A DNA stretch of 55,088 nt from Phoronis australis (lineage: Eukaryota; Animalia; Phoronida): positions 1 through 55,088 of the forward strand of contig NMRA01001100.1 of the NCBI GenBank assembly GCA_002633005.1, read 5' to 3'. Numbering within the stretch: position 1 is the stretch's first letter; every line of letters begins with the position of its first letter. The notes under the pieces were generated by a model that saw nothing but the letters and a program-made list of their open reading frames with translations, made no database searches and had not been told where the DNA came from. Below, one piece after another: positions 1 to 12,122 of this stretch. The translations under genes were made by a program, and so were the position numbers.

Positions 1-3000
1 ATCCCTACGTAAAGCAACGAGTCAGATTGGTTATTAGCACGCTTCTTAAGTCAGTCAACAGTTATTTGAATTGGTCCTGTGGGTTGGGAAGACGAACGTC
101 CGGCAAGTGCCTCTGTTGCTTTCGTACGATAATTGTATCTGGCGGTATATCCCAAATAACCGGTGCGCTGAGCTGCTGACAGCGCGGGACAGCGTTCCGG
201 AGAGCCGGCTTCTTACGATAAAAACAAGAGCTCGCAATACCTCGCAAAATCGCGCGAGTGAAAGCCGAATGTTTCCCGAGATGCTAAGAGAGCTTACGTG
301 CCTATTCTAGCAAATATATTTAGTCAAATATGTGCCAAAACTTTAGATTTCAACTTAGTAAAGTATATTCCATTCCGAAAGAGAACGGTGTGTAGACGTC
401 GTTAGTGTGCTATTAATTGGATAACAAGAATATGCCGGTTTAAAAAATTAATCACTGTCTCATGCAAAAGTGGAGCATTTTAAAAACATTCCAGACAGCA
501 TATTGGAGAGCAGAGTATAAATATAGTATTTAAAAGTGTCATACGTATCAGACTAGCGATTTCTGAGATATGGTGTAAGTTCCGAAGATTGGGACATTTT
601 CCTGGGACCTTACATACATGTAACCTAATTGATAAAGACTTTTTGAAGGTTTTACACATATTTCACGCAAGAGATTAGGTTTTCTTAAACACTAATTGAA
701 TGTTGAAATGGAGTGGTTCACTTCCTTGTGTCCAACATCGGCCGCCAAATAATCCAAAAGAAGCAGTAATCGCTTATAACAGCCGGTATCGGACATTGAG
801 AACCAGTTTCATGCGGATGTGGAGAAAAACTGGTTCACAAAGTGTGACTACTAGGATCAAAATCGTAAGTGCACTTCAGAAACACATCGTAATTAGCTAC
901 ATACAGTTCGTTCGCATGCCCTGATACACCGTAAAATGTTAAAGTTTCGTAAAATGCGACAACTTCTACAATTTACGTCGTTGTCACATTTTATGTTGCA
1001 CAGCCTCTCCTAAAATGTATCAAGATGTTACAATTTACGTAATTCTTACATTTTACGTCGAATGCGCATGCAGGAAATGTATTCTTGTTACATTTTACTA
1101 AACCAACGTCATATCACAGAGAAAATGACCAGAATCTCGAACAATTGGTGTCTGACACGGGCGAGGGTGCTGCAGTACTTTTGGACGAGTTGTGGTGTCC
1201 AAAAATTTGAATAGCTACCCATTTAGAGAGTGGTCTCGGCAAAAAACTTACCCAATTTAGATAGTAAGTTGGGTAAAAATTCACATTTTCGCACAGTTTG
1301 ATTCAGGAAATTCAGAAAAGGAACCCTTTTAGATAGTACTTTTGTCAAAATGGTACCATTTTGGAGAGTATTTCTTGCTGCGAAACCACCCTTTTGGGCC
1401 GCACTTTTCGTATACCTTATTTGTAGGAAATAGGAATAGTGTCCGGGCTGACACTGTATGAATTTAGCTAATCATAATCAGTATTATTAATACTTTATTA
1501 TTACTATTGTTCTTATTATTATCATCGCCGTCGTCGTCGTCGTCATCATCATCATCATTATTGAATTTATTTAAGAGGACACAGTGCAATATTCACACTA
1601 CATGCTTAGCAAAGTGCATCATGGTAGTCAAAGATTTTTTGTCCTCTATGGTTCAATATTTTCACCGGGCTCATCAAAAAGAAAAGCGAGTGCTGTTTCA
1701 AAAGTATTTTAAAGGCCGGTATTACTAGGTTCGATAATGTGAGAAATGTTTTGATGGCTATAAATGCAAAGTACCTGGCCTATCTTTTGGAAACGAGGAG
1801 GTTGAGATTTAAAATCTTGTTTAGACTTATGCCAACTTCAAAACACGGCATTGTTTCTTATAAAACTTGTGATTTTTCTATCAAACTGGCTCCCGAAATT
1901 GAATTCCCCATGAAAAATTTTGTTGTGGTCGTTTTTCCCGAGGAAATGCGATAAATATTAGCCATTATCATACAGCCGTGAAATAACTGCGTTATCACTC
2001 CGTGAAATACGACACAACTGCCTTTCCGTATTTTTCTAGAACAGGTAACCGTTATCATGTCTAGAGAAAATATATCTGGTAAAGCTGTAAGGATTGAGGT
2101 ATTTGGCAGACTAAATCCATAAAAATGAAGGTAGAAGTTGAAATTCATCTGTTTATATAGTACCGCTCATCGCTCACACTCACTGTACTGGTGTTACTAT
2201 CACCAGTAATTGAAAAATACCTTACACATGACATCTGTACCAAATTCAGTGCTTAAGTCATGAACATATCCGTCAAATATCAACTGAAATTTTAAGTTCA
2301 ATAAACTTAATGGAAATTAAGGTGAAAACAGTGTCTTAAAGAAAGGAAACACGCAACCTAAACAATACAGCGACTTCATTTGGCCAACTAATCGTGAATC
2401 AGTCGTTGCTATACCAAACCCGGTTGTAGGCTATCAACAGACATTAAAAATGACGTTCCTATGTAGTACTTGAAAACAAAATAATGTTCTGTAACGCTCG
2501 ACAACGCTCGAATAATTACTTCAAGCAAAATTTTAAAATTCCTTAGAAAGTCTGCTAAACGAATAAGCGAGACCTACGCTTTAAGCGAGTTACAATTAAG
2601 GCGAATATAGGGAAGTACTACTCACCAAGTATCATCTATGACAAAGAAAGTATGACATCTTTGATGAATATTGCTTTTATCACTCAAGTATGAAGCCAAT
2701 GTTGTAATATATTAAGGCGTCAGATGACGAGGATTGGTTGAAACCACCACCACAAGATTTAGTATCCTTTATATAGAAAAATACGAAAATTGCACTGGAA
2801 TTCACAACAACAGGATAATAACAACTACATGGGCATTTTTTGTGTTTATGAACAAAAACACTGAACCCGCTGTTTGAATAGTACGGGGGTGATTGGACGT
2901 ACCACTTCACCATGGTCGCGGTCTCGTATACTAGGTGGGAAACTCTCTATTCAGGGGCGAACGTGACAGCTCAGGGATTTTACACAGTTTCCATTTTAAT

Positions 3001-4434
3001 GTACTTACCATTAGAATGTTTGAAGAGGAAAAAAGACATTGCAACATTTTCCAAAAAAAAAAAAACACTTGCTATGGTTTGTAACTCATCTTTTAACAAA
3101 AATTTGTGGAATGCGATGGAAACCTCTACGTAAGAATGACGTTCATGGAATTTCCCTCCAACAGAAGTGGGCCCTTTTTAATGGCACTATTTCGCTATTA
3201 ACATGTTTTTAACGTGCCGACTTTTCTAAAATGGTTGGTGTCACATTTTTGCGACAAAACACTGTTAAATTCTTCTCATGTAACTAAGCGTACAGTATGG
3301 CATCTATTTAAACACTGGCTAGCCTATACGAAAATATTTTTCTCAGTTACTTACAGATGCAGTTCCGATATTGTTTGCCACGGCGCCTGAGGGACGTGTG
3401 CATAATAAAATTTGAGCTGTCACAATTGCAATGCGGTTGCAGAGCTTAATTTGAACACCGTCAGAAACGAAGGCCTATGCGCCATTCACTTCGTAACGGT
3501 ACTTTCAGAAAAAAAGCAAGGCAACATCTTGTAATAGAACTTCATTTCTTCTATGTCGCTTAATAAAACATTGAGATGAATTAATTGTTTTCGTTACCTA
3601 AGCGAAGATTTTCGCCCAAGCGCTTGCCAACGTCTTGCAGTCTACGGAATGCAGCGCGGCTATGCGGGAGAACATGCGGGTTCAAAGCATGCAGCTGACA
3701 ACTTGCTTATTATAGAGATAAAATGCGGGCTTAGGGATATAATAAGGCTATCTATGGAAATCAAATGATGACGTCGATCTATAATCTGTACCTCTTGAGA
3801 TAAAGCTGGCCGGCAGCGACTGAGAGATCTTCATGTAGCAGGGTTGAAATCAGTAGCTGTCTCTATAATATATCAGATGTAATATCGCAGTCTCGCTTTC
3901 TAGCGAGGCCCTGTGTCCTATCGTTACCGAATTCTTGCCTGATCAATGATTACCTACAGCCCCCCGCAATTTATGTGACCATGATAATGATTAGGTAGGC
4001 CTACTATATGCCTTGAGGGGTTGAGTGGTTTTACAAAGCGATGACAAAACCTAGCCCTTTTATAAGGTATGGGTTTCGGGCTATGCGAAGTCCTAACCGG
4101 TGCAGGCTGCCTAGGCCTAGGTCTGTCAAAAACATCTCAAATCAAATATCTCTCATACTTCGAGATCATCTTTAAAACCAGATAAAAAGTCACCTGTATC
4201 ACTAACTTGTTTAACGTGCCGAAGACACAAAGGGTAAACACGGAAAGCAAATGCGGGCTAACCTGTTGCCTTTTTCCTGTTGTCAAACCTGAACAATCGA
4301 AGGCTTTGTAACCCCATGTCAAAATGGTACATTCCATCACGAAGCAAATAAGTTGACCTACTTAGATATATCAAGTCTAGCAGTTCAGGTTGCACTTCTT
4401 TACGGACCTGCACTTTCAGAAACAGTTTGGCAAA

Positions 4435-4520
4435 ATGGTCAACCTTGGAGACGTGTTCCCGGATTTCGAAGCCAATACGTCAACTGGACCGATGAAATGG
4501 CATGAGTATATCAATAACAG
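4435..4520 (+). CDS. PRDX6: Peroxiredoxin-6 (1-Cys Prx), coding exon 1
   Basis: caaaATG start; MVNLGDVFPDFEANTSTGPMKWHEYINN, ending AG|gtgtgt (86 nt, phase 2). Matches the Prx6 N-terminus (LGDxxPxFEA, xxHxx). Confidence 0.95.
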
Positions 4521-6126
4521 GTGTGTTGTCATTGTCAAAACAGGTGGGTGTAGGGAATTTAAGTTCCAGCACACTCACCCTGGCACTAACCAGAGCAGGC
4601 TCTGGTTCGCGTTCTGTCCCTTCGCTTGTATGACAAGAAATATTGCGTTTTCTGTTGAAATCACTGTTTGGCTGCAAGTTGCTTTGCTTCATTTGCTGTA
4701 GAACCCTACCGGTTTCATTGTGTGCCTGCATAGCAATTTAAAGTTGTTTGACGTTCTGAACAGTTGTATGCAAATTGGGTCGCACCCGGCGTCACTGCCG
4801 GCAGTGGTGACCTAGTTCGTTTTCAGTGATATCTCAGTGAAGCCTATAATAGTAATAGTTGAAAAACGCAAGTAACTCTGGACAGTAGGCCTATAGCTCT
4901 TTGCTCTGAAAAAGTAAAACAGCTTTAAACCCGTGTTTGGTGTCACGCTTGGGTTTGCTATGAAATCGGTGTTATATATATGTATGCTTATTCAGTTCAA
5001 GCAGTTCAGAAGTGAATTTTAAAGTCTTATTTTTGATAACCCCACTTGCAAAATGCGTTTTGGAGAATACGCATGAAGGATAGCGCCTGAAAGTTTCATT
5101 TGAATTCAATCTGCGATTTCTGAGCTACGCTTTACCGAAAATTGTAGTATCGTATGACTATAAAGCCCCGCCCCTTTTATGAGAAACTAATGTCAATTAA
5201 AGGGACCCTTTTCGAGCTTCTATGATAATGACACTATTTCCTTCATTACTGCATGACGTAGATTTGAATAAAACTTTTTGGGCTGTATATTGACAAAAAA
5301 ACTCTTCAAATGAACCCTTTCGTATAGTTTCAGTGGTTCTTTCGACAGATGACTGAAAATTGGTTTTGAAAAGCCACCCATCCTGACAGCACTTCTCGTA
5401 TATGTACGCGTGCATGAGCGCTCTTATGGCAGTACACCAGTTCAACTGCATCACAATTTGAAAACGCCCGCTGTTGCATTTTTCTCAAATGGTGCTTCAG
5501 ATTTCTATAAGGTCACCGCGGTAGGTGGACTTAAGAGTGCATCTCATGATTACATTAATCGTATTAGTCAGCGGCTGCCCGTAGCTGTAGCAAGTGAACT
5601 TTACATGACGTAACTGTGAGGTACAAAATCAACAGTGGGCTACTACTTAGTGCAAATATAGAAATTTCAATACCTCTAGTGGATTGAGCGACTAAATCAG
5701 ATTTATCATGGTTTGACCTACAGAACGCAAGCACGCTACTGATGTTTATCTGGACATCTCACGAAAAAGAAAATAACTTTAAGATACCCCAAATTTTGGC
5801 CCTAACATGGATCATCGGTTTTTAGATGCTCGTGCCTGTAAATGTTTGTGAGTGTCGTTTGTCTCCCAGATTTTATGTATACCTCCGCCGGTCGTTAGCT
5901 TTACATGTTGATATAAATTTCACGAGGAGGTGACGAGCAGAACTACCCGGTCTGTTTGAAATTTCGGGGTCTAACGAGCTCAACACACATTGCTACCGCG
6001 CTGTATTTTGAGGATGGTCTTCAAACATACAGCTAGCTGGTCTGTAATGGATGACCCTCAGTATCACACAAAGGTATTGATAAATACATTGCGTACAGCG
6101 ATCATGTTCAGTCTCCGGTGGTCCCA

Positions 6127-7449
6127 TTTTTATGCGCCCACATATTTATATGTGGACGCATTATGCCGTCATCTCTGTCCGTCCGTCCGTCCGTCCGTCC
6201 GTCCGTCCGTCCGGGCGGCGTCCGTCCGGCGTCCGGCGTCCGGCGTCTGGCGTCCGGCGTCCGCTGCTCTATCTCCAAAACCCTTTGACATACGTTCATG
6301 AAATTTGGCACATGTGTTCCATTTATGAATGGGACGGCATGTGCGAACTTTCGGACGGATCCGACCACCGGTGTGCCCCCTAGTGGCAATTTTAGTTTTT
6401 TACGCTTACCTTTGTATCTTCAAAAGTCCTGAACGGATTTTCATGAAATTTGGTAAGTAGGCACCTAGTAGTGAGATGACGCTATCCTGCCGTTTTCGGA
6501 TGGATTCGACATAGTTTGCGCCACCTAGTGGCCATTTTTACTGTTTTCGAGTCTGTTTTTGTGCTTCCACCCCTCTATCAACCAAACCGCTCAAAGGATG
6601 ATTGTGAAAATTGGTATGTATGTGCTTACTATGTAGAGGACGGTTGACGATGATTTTCCGACAATTTCGACTACTGTGGCGCCTCCTAGTGGCAGTTTTG
6701 TTTTTTTTGCGCCTATGGCTGTATCTCCTAAACCGTTCGCAGGATCTTTACGAAACTGTGTAAGTATATTTATATGATGTTAACAACGGAAGATGACGAC
6801 TTTTGGACGGATCCGACTACCGGTGTGCCCCCTAGTGGCAATTTTAATTTTTTTACGCTTACCTTTGTATCTTCACAAGTCCTTATTGGATTTTCATGAA
6901 ATTTGGTATGTAGGCACCTATTAGTGAGATGACGCTATCCTCCCGTTTTCAGATGGATTCGACATAGTTTGCGCCACCTAGTGGCCATTTTTAGTGTTTT
7001 CGAGTCTGTTTTTGTGCGTCCACCCCTCTATCAACCAAACCGCTCAAAGGATGATTGTGAAAATTGGCATGTATATGCTTACTATGTAGAGGATGGTTGA
7101 NTAGGTCTTCAGGTGTATACTTTGTGTTACTTCGTGACTGTGAAGGAAAAGTTCCAAGTAGAAATTTGTTTCTGGCATTCTAATGCTGTGCTAATCTTGT
7201 ATGTTGGTAAATTTGTTTTTAATTCTATGTTTCTGTGGTGCTTTAAGCAACTGGTGTATAGGATGTGCTTGTATTATGAAGATTACTCACATTTTGCCCC
7301 TAGCCTATTGAGGAGACGATGACCATGCCTTTCCATTTTGCAAAGTATGCCCTCTACTGGCCACTTTATGGTACCAATAAACAACCCTAGAAGGATACCG
7401 TATGCGGTGCAATTGTGGGCGCATTTCAACGCTCCGCGTTGCTCTTGTT
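6127..7449 (+). mobile_element. Non-autonomous Helentron-associated (DINE-1/HINE-like) element, copy 1, PRDX6 intron 1
   Basis: 5' tttttATGCGCCCACA-tatttata-TGTGGACGCAT palindrome, (CCGT)n microsatellite and internal ~150-bp tandem subunits. At the 3' end, the subterminal inverted repeat TGTGGGCGCAT is followed by hairpin CAACGC-tcc-GCGTTG and ctcttgtt. T-rich insertion site, no TSD; contains one N at 7101. Confidence 0.75.
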
Positions 7450-8910
7450 ATTGTGGTGGGGCGGTCATGTTTTTAGTTGAGTCGATCCCATTTTCAGGTG
7501 CGGCGGTCTCATTAGATTCCCGTAGGTATGATTTGGAGGACAGGCGGTCATATTTTGGGTCCGGCGGCCATGTTGTTTCTCACCCGTGTATACGTGTCTA
7601 CTGTCACCTTGATTTCGTGTATGACCTACTTCTACCCAGTCTGCTCTATTGTCAGTGCAACTCTTCTAAACATTTCATTGGATCCTTCTAGTGTTGGCTC
7701 CACCGTGGCCCCGGGGGTTGCTACAAGACAGGTAGGAAACCCATTCATTTAAAGACGGGACTCGTATAAAGGGAGCCAGTTGTAGGTACTTCCTCGAAAA
7801 TTGTAACCGTTTCGTACTGATTTGTTCCAGTAACGCCACCCTTTTAGGTGCGACTGCTGCGACTTCTGTAAACTTAACTCTAATGGTAGAGACTCCTAGC
7901 GTAGGTTTGCGTAGTCAAGGGACCTTTGAGGATTTTCGACGTCTCATAGTGAACCCTGATTTTGTTGCAAAACTCGTCCTTTTACCAGAAAAGGTACACT
8001 ATTACAGGGAGACTGTCAAATTGGTTGTGAAAAATCCTTCTGAGCTGCACCTCTTCTATGGGAGCGCCCCTCGCACAAATGAATATTTGTATAACCGGAG
8101 TTACAATAGCAAGGCTGTGGCTATGCTGAAGAGGAAATGAGGTACTGGAGACTATGCTTGAGGACGGTATTCCTTGAGCAAGTCCGCACTAGACATTCGA
8201 ACACCGATTGATGTCGCGAGTATTCCAGAACATTCACGTAACAAGAAAAGGTGCGATTAACCTTCCCTCTGTCGAAGTAACTTTTCACTGACTCCCCTTC
8301 CCGTTTAAAACTGGTTTCAAATTTCACGTCTAGCAGTTAGCGATGTGCAAGCATTTATCATCGACTTGTTCCCTAACCAGGTATTCTGGGTAGTATAGTG
8401 AATTCTGGGTAGGAAATACAGTGTGTTTATGCGGGAGACCATGCACAACAAGATAACATGCCACGGCGGGTTTTTTCATGATTCGTCCAAGTTGATATCA
8501 CGCACTAACAACTAGTCCAAACGCCACCTGTCGTCTCAGTTATGATTCATGTAGAATTAGTTGAGATCAAGAATGTGTTCACAAACTAGCTTAAATGCAA
8601 GATCACACAAAATTACGCGAATGTCTTGCGAGTATGCTCGGAAGCTTACTTGCATAGTCCGGTAAGCAAATGGTGGTCACTAGAGTGTTCGGACAATGAG
8701 TTTGAACTGTTAGGCTCTGTGGGTAGAATTCACTGTTTCAGTTTCGTAAGCGAGGGTTTCTGTTGCCTAATGCATCGCAAGTGTTTTGGGTCAGTCTACG
8801 GAACGCATCCTGATTTTGCACAGGGATATGGTGTCTATAAGAAATTATTTCGACGGAAATCTCAGCTCACATCTCAGTCTCGAATTATGTATCGACAAAC
8901 TAATTTCCAC

Positions 8911-9100
8911 TGCGCTACACATGACCAAGTGCGTTACTCGTGACCCAGTGCTCTTCACGTGACCAAATGCGCTACACGTGGCCAAACCCACTACAAGTGA
9001 CCCAGTGCGCTTCACGTGACCGTATGCGCTACACGTGAACCTAAGCGCTACACGTGAACCTTATAAGCGTTACACGTGACCTAATGCCCTACAAGTGACC
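8911..9100 (+). repeat. Tandem array of about ten 19-bp units with a CACGTGACC core
   Basis: Units such as cacgtgaccaaatgcgcta, cacgtgaccgtatgcgcta and cacgtgacctaatgcccta. Confidence 0.85.
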
Positions 9101-9141
9101 ACAGAAACATTATTTTGTCTCATGTTTTGGCACCTCCACAT

Positions 9142-9260
9142 CAGTGGCGGATCTAGGATACCACAAGGGGGGTGCAACACCCTCGGGGAATCGGGCAAAG
9201 CGCGATTGTATGTGCACAGGCGGCCCAAAAGTTGCGGGGGTCGAGTATGTAGACCTTCTG
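9142..9260 (+). mobile_element. Terminal fragment of a non-autonomous DNA transposon (CAGTGGCGGATCT end)
   Basis: Homologous to the reverse complement of about 32340-32426 (cagtggcggatctaagataccacaagggggc...gggcaaagctcgattgtatg). Confidence 0.6.
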
Positions 9261-9424
9261 TTCGGAAAATTGATTCACTCCCAGGGTTTACAGCGAATGA
9301 ACACAATTCTAGCATCAATAAAAATAATAAATAATGATTATAATAATATGATTACTGTTAATAATAATAATGATAATGATAATAATATTAATCATAACAA
9401 GAGTTATTGTTTATATTTGCCAAG

Positions 9425-9581
9425 CTGGACCATCCTGTTCTCTCACCCGCGCGACTACACCCCTGTGTGTACCACCGAGCTGGGTCGCGCAGTGAAGTTG
9501 GTTCCAGAGTTTCAGAAAAGAGGCGTCAAGATGGCTGCCCTCTCGTGTGATGACGTAGATTCTCACAAAGGTTGGGGGAAG
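9425..9581 (+). CDS. PRDX6: PRDX6 exon 2 (peroxidatic Cys)
   Basis: ttgccaag| acceptor; (S)[52 protein letters not shown]; |gtaagc donor. PVCTTE is the 1-Cys Prx6 signature. 157 nt. Confidence 0.97.
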
Positions 9582-9856
9582 GTAAGCATTGTTTATCATT
9601 TGCGTAACATTTGTAGTGCGTTCAACCAGTGCCGGGGTTTACGCCTCCGCCTTCGGTAATTGCTATTTCTATCAGATTATTTTTCATAGAATTCTTCTAA
9701 AAAGCTTCAATATACTCTTATCGGTAAACAAAGTACTTTATGCCCAATTCACCTAAAACGCCTTCGCAAAAGTATCATTCGCATTTAGAAGTAGCGTCCG
9801 GACTCGCGTTTTGTCAATAAGTGTGGCCTGATTGCAGTGAATGTTGGTTGTTGCAG

Positions 9857-9997
9857 GATGTCTGCGCCTATGCCAGTCACGGCGGTGATATGCCCTACCC
9901 GATCATCGCCGACCCTGACCGTAAATTGGCCGTCCTTCTTGGCATGGTTGATCCGGATGAACGAACAGAGGGAGGCATGCCTCTCACCTGTCGGGCG
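9857..9997 (+). CDS. PRDX6: PRDX6 exon 3
   Basis: ttgcag|DVCAYASHGGDMPYPIIADPDRKLAVLLGMVDPDERTEGGMPLTCRA|gtgagt; 141 nt; contains the conserved active-site Arg (TCRA). Confidence 0.96.
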
Positions 9998-10165
9998 GTG
10001 AGTCTCCTCTACCCCAACGTGACTAATTAGACTCAACTATAAATAAATAGTATGGAACAGATGACTACACTTCTGGTCACCCAATCTTGTTAATTTGTGT
10101 TTAAAAGTTTATCTTCCATCGACAGATGATTGTAGATTGTGGAGTATCCCAAAAACCCATTCAAA

Positions 10166-10361
10166 ACACACTGATCAATTTTGTTTTCCTCAGGTTTACC
10201 TTCTGAGGTGTTTCACATTTGCGCACGTGTGAACTTCAGTCACGCGGCCATTTTTTCTCCAGTTTAAGTTAATTGCATGTGGTATGGCTGAAGTCCTCAC
10301 GTGCGCAGATATGACACACGGACGAGGAGAAATATGAGGATGCGAAAATGATTGAGGTGTT
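10166..10361. mobile_element. Imperfect palindromic MITE-like hairpin, PRDX6 intron 3
   Basis: Arms gtgtttcacatttgcgcacgtgtgaacttcagtca and tggctgaagtcctcacgtgcgcagatatgacacac are near reverse complements. Confidence 0.55.
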
Positions 10362-10636
10362 CGTATCACCGTCTCCTATCTAATGAACAAACGCACTGAA
10401 GATAATTTGGTGTCAAATTTTACACAGTTTTTGTAAAATACTAAATTCTAATGTACATTGCGACTTTCCATTGGGAGTTCATACGCGCCTGCTCATAGAG
10501 GTGAATTATGGGTGAAGTGCGCACTCCCCTATGATGGCCCATAACTTCAGTTTGTACATGCGTTAATCAAGTTGACGAGAAAGGGTTGTAATCCAACGAG
10601 ATTTGTGGATCCTCATAAAGTTTTCTTTTGTTACAG

Positions 10637-10710
10637 GTTTTCATCATTGGACCGGACAAAAAACTTAAACTATCCATGCTGTACCCCGCCACTACTGGAC
10701 GTAACTTTGA
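10637..10710 (+). CDS. PRDX6: PRDX6 exon 4
   Basis: ttacag|VFIIGPDKKLKLSMLYPATTGRNF(D)|gtgagt; 74 nt. Not in the ORF track. Confidence 0.96.
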
Positions 10711-12037
10711 GTGAGTAAACGTTGAGATAAAGCACATCCGATTTCGTTGAGTTTTTCGTTCGTGTAGCCTGAAGTTGCATGCGAAAATCGCTTCCAATGA
10801 CGTCACAGTCAGATTATTTTCCACCAGATCGTGTAGGAAATCGAAGCTTATGGTCAGGACTTCACTCATGGCAAAATGACTGCTTTCCTCTTCAAAACCC
10901 GTGCAGGGCCATCTTTGAAAAATATTGTTTTGTTTCATGCTTTGGAGTGCACAAAAATCAGCCGGTGGCTTTAGACGGGTTGACTGCTATTTCAGTCATT
11001 CTTTGAAAGTATGTGAGGCATTCTGCCAGTGCCAAAACCTTCGGGGAGTGATTAGGACAGAGGAGAAAATGCTCTCCTTTTCATTCAGTTTACCAGAAAA
11101 ACACAAATGTCCACTGCGGACAAGGTTCATGTAGACACACGGCTCACGGACCGCCAAACTTAGTTGACGGACTCACAAACACGACTCACGGATCACCAAA
11201 CTCAATGCCTGACTCGCTAAACTCGTGACCGTATCATTGGCCAAATGGGTGAACGTCACGCACGTAAATCACGTACGTTAGTTAATGCTTGTTACACGCG
11301 TGTGCAAATAATTACATTACACCACAAACAATTACTTTATGCCTCTAAATAATTACTTTAGGCTTCTTACAAGAATTGGGTTTACGCGCGTAATTCATTT
11401 CGCTAACGATATGCCCGAATTCACGAGCACAACTGACAACCGACCAACTCTGTATTGAATACGAGTCAGTGAACCGAACTTCAGTGGACATGATTGATTT
11501 TTGAGTGCTTAAAGCCGTGTTTTGTGAATCCACGGTGAGACGCCGTTAATCGGTGAGTTATCTCTGGGGTCGAGAAGTGAAGAACTACACGTATGCTTTA
11601 CGACTGCGACATATGTACTGTTCCTGTAGTTTGTAAATCCTACATGTACCAAGGTGGTCCATAGGGCATATCACAAAGCAACGGCATGTGTATTCAGCCT
11701 TTTAACAGTCTATTGCATTTTCGTATCAGTTGCTATGGCTTGGACGGAAATGTTTAACAAACGTTATGTTTCAATTGCCCTGACGTCTTGCGAACATGAG
11801 TCCGTGTGTGCTTGTACTTTGTTTGTGAAACACATGACCTGATTTTGCAAATCTATCCTATTTGTTCAAACAGTCTGTTAGATATCAAGGCCCCTGTTGA
11901 TAACAGAAATTCAAGAATTCAGGCTACAACAGAGGCGTTAGATTATCCCGCATAAATATGTCTACCGAAAAAGATTTTGGTATAATGCACCTGTGTCCGT
12001 CTTTTGACCGGGGATAACTTTAATTATTTGTTTTCAG

Positions 12038-12110
12038 TGAAATACTGAGGGTGATCGATTCTCTTCAGCTGACGGCTGTTAAGAAGGTGGCGACCCCTGT
12101 TGACTGGAAG
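12038..12110 (+). CDS. PRDX6: PRDX6 exon 5
   Basis: ttttcag|(D)EILRVIDSLQLTAVKKVATPVDWK|gtgagt; 73 nt; phase matches exon 4. Confidence 0.96.
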
Positions 12111-12122
12111 GTGAGTTATTGA

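Noticed and set aside
55-310. Short ORFs and a CpG-rich, promoter-like stretch at the window start
   Set aside because: No recognisable protein motif, and it cannot be assigned to a gene from this window.
4390-4701. 103-aa and 171-aa (9144-9659) ORFs as complete proteins
   Set aside because: They are read-throughs of PRDX6 exons into intron sequence; only the spliced parts match Prx6.
5990-6389. RPSV/DGRT repeat ORFs
   Set aside because: Translations of the (CCGT)n tract in the HINE-like element.
8911-9100. CRISPR-like appearance of the 19-bp array
   Set aside because: There are no unique spacers and no cas genes; the units are contiguous in a eukaryotic intron.
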